Origin: Amoebophrya sp. A120 | Taxonomy: Eukaryota > Protista > Dinoflagellata | NCBI GenBank assembly: GCA_905178155.1 | Contig: CAJINV010000015.1 | Span: 395,309-459,308, forward strand | Reading direction: 5' to 3' | Length of the DNA: 64,000 bases | Shown here: in pieces, positions 50,701 to 58,660 of the stretch | Layout: the number at the start of each line of letters is the position of its first letter | Position numbering within the stretch: the stretch's first letter is position 1 | Position numbers and translations under genes: made by a program | Notes under the pieces: model-generated | Told to the model about the DNA's origin: nothing | The model's input: the letters and a program-made list of their open reading frames with translations, nothing else | The model's database searches: none

Positions 50701-53700
50701 TACCTTCCACCCCGGCGTCTTTGCCCTTTTCCTCATCGGTTTGTTTATGCAATGTAAATTTCCTGTACATGTACAAAATGCATGACAAATTTCGCTACCT
50801 TGCAGAGTCCAACTTGTCATGCTGGACTAGGATTGAAGGTAAGTTTTTTCATGCAGAGACTGCATTTGTACGTGCACACGAAATTTACTGTGGATATTGT
50901 TCCCAGCCCTTGAACGCGTCAAACATCTCTCGCAACAGGCCCATTGCGTTTTCCCACCGGTTCAGCATCAAGTTTTCGAACCACGCGCCGGAGTAGCTGT
51001 CAAACTCGAAAATGACCTTCTGCCCGAGCAAGAACAACTGCGCGGCGGCCCCGTGCTTGTAGGTGGTAACGACGTTGAGGTAGAAGTCGAGTTTTTTCAG
51101 GTACGTTTGCCGGTCCAAGCCCTTCCGACCGCGGACCTGCACCAAGTCCAGGATCTTCTTCAGCAAATCGACCGTTTTGATTTCATATCGAATGCAAATA
51201 TGCCTGGGTAAAGAAGGATGCAACTTGTCATGCTAAATCTGAATCATGTAAGAATCTGCGTTGCATGATTGCCAAAAGTTGTCCACTTTTGACCTAATCG
51301 AGAGGCAGTTTCTCATGCAAAACAGGCACGAAAGAACTCTCACAGATGAATCTGTCATCGTCATGCTATGTCCTACATACCAGACCTCATGAGTCATGGA
51401 AAACCTGCATGACAAACCTGGCACTCTTCCAGACCCAGACACATTTGCATTTGGTATTTCATGGATCTTCCCATCCGGATCTTCCGACTTCCGGATCGCG
51501 TCGTCCGCATCCTTCATCTTGCCCTCCACCTGTTTCTATGAATTGCAAAAATGTCTGGGTCTGGAAAACTTGTCATGGTAAATCTGAAGCATGCAAAAAT
51601 CTGTGTTGCATGAGTGCCAAAAGCTGCCCACTTTTGACCAAGTTGGAACGAAGTTTCTGATGCAGAAGAGGCATGGCAGAGACCACCTCGCAGAGTCTGT
51701 CATGCTAAGTCCCGCATTCCAGACCTCATGGGTCATGGAAAATCTGCATGACAGGTCTACACTCTTCCAGACCCAGACATTTTTGCACTTGGTAGTTTCT
51801 TGCCGTGCCCCGCGTCGGTCTGCATCTTTTTCTTCGCTGCGCGAGCGGCCGCCAGGGCGGCCACGCGTTCCCGCTGCTCCTTTTCGCGGCGCTCCGCCTC
51901 GTAGTCAGCCTCGGTTTTCAACCAGCGCCGGCGGGGGGTATGGGGGAGAAAGATTTGATGTAGATTCTTAATTTGATGTCTACATGGAACACTGCAAGCA
52001 TAGGATTTTCAATTGGATGATGTCATGGAAGTACGGCTGCACTTAACTTCTATCTTGTACGACGTCCACTATATCTTTGTGAAGAAGCTCAAGCTGGTCC
52101 TTGCGTAGGTCTATGCCGCATCACAGATCTCATGCGTGGTGATGCAATCTGCGTATGCCAAATTTTTCACTACAAAAAAAAATTCACAACCCATAGCGGC
52201 GCATGCGGATCATTTCTTCGTCCATGTCGGAGTATTGAGAGGAAAAATCCCCCCTCCCCATATTGAACAGGCATGTTTCCAAAAGTTTGTGATGCGGATT
52301 TGAGGTCACAAATCACATCTGTCTTGCAAGAAGACAAGGACAGAAGCTTCCGCCCCATTACGGAAGCGCTTTGTCATGCTGTTGGGCCTAAAGGGGGTCC
52401 GTTTTCCATGCTGAACTGCTACCCCCATACGCCCCTCCCTAGCCTGGGGATCTGGCTGCGATGCCTTACTGCAAGACAAGTCCGATTTGTGTACCCAAAT
52501 CCTGCATCACAAATTTCCGTTTTGATATGGGGAGGGGGGATTTTTCATTTTGATACGGAGTCTTCGGAAGATTCGGACGAGTCCGTGTAGGCGGAGGAAG
52601 AATCTGTGATGCAGAAAGTGCATTTGTATCTATTATTTTCAATATTTTCAGGAATTTGTGTTGCCACAGTGTACACAGAAGTCATTCTTTGTGATGCAGA
52701 AATTGCACTAGTTCTGGTTGCAATGTCATATTACCGTCGCTATCCGAGTCCGAGTCGCTGTCGGATTCTGAGTCGCTGTCGTCAGATATGTATCGTATGC
52801 AAATATGTCTGGGTCCGGAAACTTGTGATGCTAAAATGTGGATGATGGAAACAGGAGTTGAGAATGCAACCTAGCATGACAACTTTCCAGCGCGCTTTCT
52901 CATAGGCAATCCGCATGAGAAGCTGCGTGCTTGCATGTTCAAAAGAGGCTGCGGCTTTTGTTGGTTATGCAATACAGATTTCCTAGGTATGGAAAGCTAG
53001 CATTACAAGTTCCACCCTTCCAGACCCAGACATTTTTGCACAGGATAATATGAGAGTGCGCAAGAACTCCCGCACTTCTGCTTCTCATTTGATGATGAAT
53101 GCCATGCAAAGTAGTAGTGTCAAACATTACAGGCGCCACGGCGCCGCACTGCTCGCGTGTGAGACGAAAATAAATTTTGTACGATTTTCGCAAATTGGCC
53201 AGCGCTCCGTGCTGCATTTTGTGCGAAAAATCCGAAAAATACGCCGTCCCCTGTTGGAGGTGGGGCGGGCGCGGCAGACCACGGCGCCGCACTGCTCGCG
53301 TGTGTGACGAAAATGAATTTTGCATCGATTTCTGCAAATTGGCCAGCGTCCCCTGCAGCATTTTGTGCGAAAAATCCGGAAAATGCGCCCTCCCCTGTTG
53401 GAGGTGGGGCGCGGCAGACCACGGCGCCACACTGCTCGCGTGCGAGACGAAAATTAATTTTGCATCGATTTTTGCAAATTGCGCAGCGTCTGCTGCTGCA
53501 TTTTGTGCGAAAAATCCAAAAAATGCGCCGTCTCCTGTTGGAGGTGGGGCGCGGCAGACCGCGGCGCCGCAGCCGCACTGCCCGCGTGTGAGACGAAAAC
53601 TAATTTTGAATCGATAGCGGCAAATTGGGCAGCATCTGCATCAGCACTTTGTGCGGAAAATCCGGAAAATGCACCTATTCCTGTTGGAGGCGGGGCGGGC

Positions 53701-55556
53701 GCGGCTGCCGCGCCCTACAGTGTGAACAGCGTCCTCGTGAGCAAGTTGTCATGCACGTGCTGCATTTCATCTGGGAGTAGCTAGAGCTAGTACTCTTTGT
53801 TGGGTTGCAGCTGTAGTAGAAGTAATTTAGATTTCCTTCAAATCACTTTGGAGGAGTTCGGTAATATGTGCACTCGGATATCAGATCCCTTGCCAGCGCC
53901 GCCTTTCTTCTCCGAGGTCGGTGACCCGTCGTCGCTGTCAGACGAGGAAGAACCAGAATCGTCGGCTTCTTCTTCGTATGCATTTTTGCAATAGTATCGT
54001 GTTTTTCTTTTTTTGGTAGTAACTGCAATACAAATTTGCGGAGCATGACAAATACAATTTCTCATGGAGAACTGCCTAAGAATAGAGGTTTGTCATGCAC
54101 GATTGCAATTACTACGAGCACGATATTATACTGTTGCAAAGGATACTTCGACCTCCTCCTCGGGCTCGTCTTCATATTCATCGGGGTGAGCCTTTTTTTA
54201 GTGTAATGCGGGGTTGCTGTTGCAGCAGCAGCGAAGATTGTGCAATACAAGTTCACATGTTCTACTTTGTCTTGCACTACAAGCCCGGAAAAATCAAAGA
54301 GCGGCTCTTGTCAACATGCGCGCAAGCTGCACGACAGCAAACGATTCGAGGTCAATGATTTAATTTTTTTTTTCATTTCTCTTTCTCATCATCAATCAAT
54401 ATTACCGCATAGTGTTCCAGTTCCGTTTCAAAATCGACGTTTCCCTTTCTGTATCCTGTGCAAAAGTATCGTACTCGTAGTAATTGTATTCATGCATTAC
54501 AAATTTTTTTCTTAAGGTAAATGAATCCGCATCACAGATTTTATTTCTCATGCTGAGGGAATTTGTGATGCATTTATACGAGTACGATATTACTTTTGCA
54601 ATGCATATTCTGATCTTCGCCCTCAGTGTGTTGAACGCCGTGGCCTTGTTTTTCGAGAACAGTTTCTTCTCCCCGCCGGCATGGGTGTTCTCGACGTGCT
54701 CCGCCAGCGTCGCGATGGCCTTGATGAAAAATTTCGGCGTTTCCTGCGCCGCAGTTTTCTGTCCGGAAACCGACGCGTTGATGGCTTGGGTCTTGATTTT
54801 GTCCAACATCTTGCGCCCGCCCTCGTAATCCTGCAGGAGCGAGGAATAGTCGCTGATTTTCAAGTGGTTCTTCATCGTGCGGATCAGCTCCTGCAGCCCC
54901 GCGTACCTTTTGTCCGCATGACTGCGGTATCAAATGCAAAAGTGTCTGGGTCATCTGGAAGAGAGCAGACATTTGTGATGCAGTTTTTGCCTAGCCCAGC
55001 TCGTCTGGCATGCAAGCCCGAGCATTACAGATTCCGAGCAGGCATCCCCATGCCTAACCCGCGTGAGAAATGCCCGCTTTCTGTGACAGGAAGTGGGGCC
55101 TTTTGCTTTTGCTGGCCATGCATTGCAGATTTTGTCATGATGTAGAATATGCATCACAAATTCGAATCCATCCAGAACCAGACCCAGACATGTTTGCAAT
55201 GCATATGCGGATGACGCGCTTCGTGTTCTTGTCGTCATCGGAATCGGAGTCCGAGTCGAAGATCTTCTGCTTGGCCTTCTGCGCGGCCGTCTTCTGCACG
55301 GTCGGCTTCTCGTCATCGGAAGATGCATATGCATTGCAAGAATGTCGTACACTTACTTACGTAGGTACTAATTGCATTTATGCATGACAAATCCGGTTTC
55401 TCTGGGTAAATCACCATGACAATTTCCGATTGTCATGCTGAGAAAACCTGTAATGCAAAAATCACAGCTGTAGTACGATAGTTTTGCAATGCATAACCGA
55501 CTAGAATCGGAATCCGAGTCCGACGAGGAATTGCCTCCGAAAAATTTCGATGTCAT
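44728..55556 (-). CDS. EIF3C: Eukaryotic translation initiation factor 3 subunit C (NIP1); about 28 introns (about 21 introners and 7 GT-AG)
   Basis: MTSKFFGGNSSSDSD, KRVIRS..DKR, RGRKG.DR, RLDDELFKALQ, QILYNRAFAQTGLCAFRMG, LPYHMHI.L..L...HLV.ALLLEVP, GDWK and a PCI region; C-terminal exons less certain. Confidence 0.95.
44773..45082. mobile_element. Introner, TIR TATCGCA.GAAA.AAAAC
   Basis: Imperfect TIRs; diverged DR aagga/caaga. Confidence 0.7.
45096..45348. mobile_element. Introner family A
   Basis: TIRs; DR accca. Confidence 0.9.
45646..45916. mobile_element. Introner family C
   Basis: TIRs; DR accgc. Confidence 0.9.
46036..46241 (-). other. Canonical GT-AG intron (eIF3c)
   Basis: G|GTACGT...TTGACAG|GT, in frame. 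Confidence 0.75.
46292..46557. mobile_element. Introner, TIR TAT.AC...GGACAACT
   Basis: Imperfect TIRs; DR tcttg/acttg. Confidence 0.75.
46715..46871. mobile_element. Introner family B
   Basis: TIRs; DR tcgtt/ccgtt. Confidence 0.9.
46914..47062. mobile_element. Introner family B
   Basis: TIRs; DR ccttc. Confidence 0.92.
47093..47420. mobile_element. Introner family G
   Basis: TIRs; DR caact. Confidence 0.9.
47603..47818. mobile_element. Introner family H (TIR TATGARAGTGCACAACTCC)
   Basis: TIRs; DR ggccg. Confidence 0.9.
47895..48146. mobile_element. Introner family H
   Basis: TIRs; DR agtgc/aatgc. Confidence 0.9.
48195..48336. mobile_element. Introner family B
   Basis: TIRs; DR gttga. 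Confidence 0.9.
48600..49503 (-). other. Canonical GT-AG intron containing a decayed family-B element and decayed 140-nt repeat units
   Basis: G|GTATTG...CCAG|GT restores AFAQTGLCAFRMG. Confidence 0.85.
49780..49995 (-). other. Probable canonical GT-AG intron (eIF3c)
   Basis: A|GTTGAA...TATCAG|AA, in frame. Confidence 0.6.
50116..50297. mobile_element. Degenerate introner (TATC...GATA)
   Basis: Weak TIR; removing element plus 5 nt keeps the eIF3c frame. Confidence 0.6.
50582..50703 (-). other. Canonical GT-AG intron with an internal tandem duplication of about 42 nt
   Basis: G|GTATAG...GACAG|CT; ttatgttgtattgggaattacgcatgacagatctggtatg x2. Confidence 0.8.
50746..50896. mobile_element. Introner family I (TIR TAT.CA..GTAAATTTC)
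   Basis: TIRs; DR ttgtt. Confidence 0.88.
51186..51456. mobile_element. Introner family A
   Basis: TIRs; DR tttca. Confidence 0.88.
51537..51794. mobile_element. Introner family A
   Basis: TIRs; DR gtttc. Confidence 0.9.
51939..52195. mobile_element. Degenerate introner (TATGGG...CCCATA)
   Basis: 6-nt inverted repeat; removing element plus 5 nt restores the frame to RWLK. Confidence 0.65.
52233..52555. mobile_element. Introner family G
   Basis: TIRs; DR cggag. Confidence 0.92.
52604..52734 (-). other. Canonical GT-AG intron (eIF3c)
   Basis: G|GTAATA...GCATCACAG|AT, in frame. Confidence 0.8.
52791..53047. mobile_element. Introner family A nested in the TIR of the outer element
   Basis: TIRs; DR atatg. 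Confidence 0.9.
53135..53715. repeat. Tandem array of 4 units of about 140-145 nt
   Basis: cc(a/g)cggcgcc at 53136, 53279, 53419 and 53559. Confidence 0.92.
53977..54145. mobile_element. Introner family B (diverged)
   Basis: TIRs; DR cttcg. Confidence 0.85.
54192..54405 (-). other. Canonical GT-AG intron (eIF3c)
   Basis: GCG|GTAATA...AAAAG|GCT, in frame. Confidence 0.75.
54452..54607. mobile_element. Introner family B
   Basis: TIRs; DR ttctg. Confidence 0.92.
54928..55205. mobile_element. Introner family A
   Basis: TIRs; DR tgcgg; restores KRVIRSHADKR. Confidence 0.92.
55328..55495. mobile_element. Introner family B
   Basis: TIRs; DR decayed, but the +5 rule keeps the frame. Confidence 0.82.
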
Positions 55557-56731
55557 CTTGAATGATGATAAATTCTTTTGTTGTGTGTCCGCGGTGAAAC
55601 AGGTACAAGAAGCTGATGAAAACTTCGAGTTTTTAGGACTGTGTCGATCGCTTACGCTTTTTCGTAATAGTGATGCTGTATGCTGTGTTTGAAGATCCGT
55701 TAACACTTTGCTCGAGCAATCCGTATCGGAGCGCAAATCAGAGCTATTAGTTCGCTTGGGCTATTGATGACAGAGAGGTTTTTTTTTGTTGAGAATCTTG
55801 ATTTAGTCGGTGAAGATGTAGTGTCACAGTTGTTGTTTGTAGTTTAATATTTTTGTTGTAATATTCTTCTAGTAGTTCTAGTCAGTGTGTTCCAGCATCG
55901 TTCTTGTTGTGTAGTTCACCAAACAAAATAGCTTTAAAATGTTGTTGTTTAAGACTGACGGTGCGGACCGGAAAGGAAAGGGCAAGTGCTATCGAGGGAT
56001 CTCGTTTGAAAGTTAGGAAAGAAACACAACCAAAATTGATAGACATCGGGCTGCAAAAAGTGAACGCTCGCAACGAGAAAATGAAAGAATTTGCAGCCGT
56101 ACTAGCCAAAACAGGATCTTTCGAAGTTGCGATATTGACATCATCCTCGCTTTCAATGTTGTGCCGCTTCGTACCATAGTCGTTTAAAAGAAGGGGGTGC
56201 ACCAAAATGAGGACTTTCATCTCTTTCACGCAGCATAGCGACTATGTCACAGCTAGTGCTATTGCTGTTCAAAAACCTGCACTGGATCTTTCTTCATCTT
56301 CATAAACGGCAGCTTCTTGCTACAATCAGTCACTCTTTGTCAACCAATAAATCATCGTACCATCATCTTTTCGCAAATACTCTGAGTAAGGGAATAAGCG
56401 GCAAACCCGGCCACTCTGTGAGAATCCAACTTTCCACGATCTCTCGCCCAACATTTAACGCGATTTCTCAGCGATAAGCGATCCCTAGAATCCTGAATCG
56501 GGATTCGGCGGACGTTAATATTGCAAACATACAGCCTCGAAGTTGTGCTGACCCGTGAATAGGGACACAGGAGCGCAAGGGCAAATGAGTACTCCCTGAG
56601 TCGCGGACTCCCTGAGTCTGCCGGGAAAAAAAACCGCTTAACATGACCTTTGCATTGCCAAAGGTCGTGCTAAGTAGATTCAATATCCCCTTCACCCAGG
56701 CCGACGTTGTGTCCAGGAATGGACCCTGCGC

Positions 56732-56875
56732 CACTCCGTTAACCAGACCTATGGGTACCCAGAGGTCGTGTTTATCGCGAGATGTTTTTGGATTTTTGGC
56801 TGCAGACCCAAAAATCCAAAAACAGCTCGCGATAAACAGAACCTCTGGGTACCCCGAGGTCTGGTTAACGGAGTG
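56732..56875. repeat. Near-perfect intergenic palindrome/hairpin of about 144 nt
   Basis: cactccgttaaccagacct..gggtacccagaggt...acctctgggtaccc..aggtctggttaacggagtg. Confidence 0.9.
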
Positions 56876-58660
56876 TCTGGGGCCTGACTCTGTGACAAAA
56901 CGTCGGCGCCGAGGGGCGCACCAGCGGACGCCCGGGCGCGCCCGCCTGCTCTACGATGCCTGTGCGCTGAGGTGGCTGCGTTTCAGACTTGTCACCTGGG
57001 GCAGGCAAGTTAGATAAGCCACGCCCGCGGCGACGAGCAGCGTAACATGTTTGCTGCATTTGGACAAAGCGAAGCAAGGCACGTTTGCCAAATTTGCAAA
57101 GTAGTTCTGCTCCAAGATTCATTTTGAAGCACGGGCGGCGGGCCTAGATGCACGAGAGTCGTGGGCTTTTGGAATTCACAGGGATTACCGGCTTTGCCGC
57201 TAATTCAGCGTTTTAGAGTAATTGAGTAGAACACGAAAGCTGGCACAACAGTCGCAGGCGATAAAAGAGGCTCCTTATGAGCGGGCGCGGGATGGCGCGA
57301 GAAAAGTTCCCTTGAGAAACTTTTTCCTCATAGTCTCAATCTTCAAAGACGCAAATGCGATGACACACTGCTTGTAAGCGTCCATATCGACGTATTAAAA
57401 TCGTGTCGATAAATTGGAAATGGAAGTGCAGCAACTAGGAGGAAAATAAAACTTCTTCATCTCTGTCTTTTACTACCAATTCATACGGAACACAAGGAGC
57501 AAAGACATAAGCTCACTCCTTCGTGCTAACTTTGTAAAAAATGTTTCTTTTTTTTCCCTTAAATTCAAAGCTAGAGCGTACAGTGAGTCGCACGAGAGTC
57601 GGTTCTGGTGCATAAAAATGCCGCGGAGGTTCTTGCATAATGTTGAACTTTTTATCGCCGCAGCGGAAAAATTCAAATCATACGTCGCTACAAAACGAAG
57701 TGATAAAAACTTCATCGAGATACTTTGGTCTTTTGCATTGACTGGAGCTGTATCATACGGGCATATTGCTATTTTTTACACGGCAGTCGCAAAGACCGGC
57801 ATTCAGGTAGAAGTTCTCATGTAGCGGAAGCGAATGATCCCTTTATCCTCGCAGCTTACGACCGACGGAGCGATTGAAGTGCGTAGCTGCAGGAAATTGC
57901 TCTGGATTGTAGTTTATCGCTTTTCGATTACCATTACTGCTGTTGAATTGTTTTATCCCATCATGAAAACCAGCTGGTGGCGTTGCTTTTCTCAAATCGC
58001 AATTTACATTTGATGACTTCTGTAAATATTTTGAAATGCATTGCAATTCTCTCTTCCTTTCGATGTAATTCCAACTCCAACAGGAGCAATAGAAGCGGTT
58101 CGTATAATTAACATCATGTCCAGTCGAGTAATATCTCTATGTTGAACTTGCTACCAGCCCGTCTGTGTGTGTGATACCCGCTCTCGTTTGCTGTTCTAAA
58201 AAAATTGTTTAGTGAAAAAGCTGCAGTTTCACGGCGAGGCATCAGCCTGAGCTTTCAGAAACCCAAACACCAATGTTCGTCTCTAGCACTACTAGCGACG
58301 TTGCTGCTGAGCACTGTGTATGTAGCAATTCAAATTCTTCTAGCCCTAAGTGTAAAGTGGGAAATGTTGATCAGTCATGCTGTTTGCCAAAGTATTAAAA
58401 GACGCGCTTCGTAGTTCCATAATCATAGAACGATGTAGTGCTTTTTGAACTGGAAGAAGAATAAGCTGTAGTGCACTTTATTGAAGATGAAATTGAAATT
58501 CTTGCGAGGAAATATGTAGTAGCCTGCTCTTCTCTATTACTTGCCCTCACTGGAGGACTATGTAGCAGTGCCACAGCGCGTTTCTGAATCCAGTTTCATT
58601 TATCTTCCCTGCTGCATACCAGAGCTAAAATCTAGAAAAATGATTCCAGTTCGTGCCCCC

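Larger units (their letters stand above)
52787..53880. mobile_element. Composite H-like introner (1094 nt) carrying a nested family-A element and a 140-nt tandem array
   Basis: DR tcaga; ends tatgagagtgc.../...gtgcactcggata; removal gives GKGSD|DSDS. Confidence 0.8.

Noticed and set aside
53120-53784. Repetitive Cys/Arg-rich ORFs on both strands
   Set aside because: They are translations of the 140-nt tandem array inside an intron.
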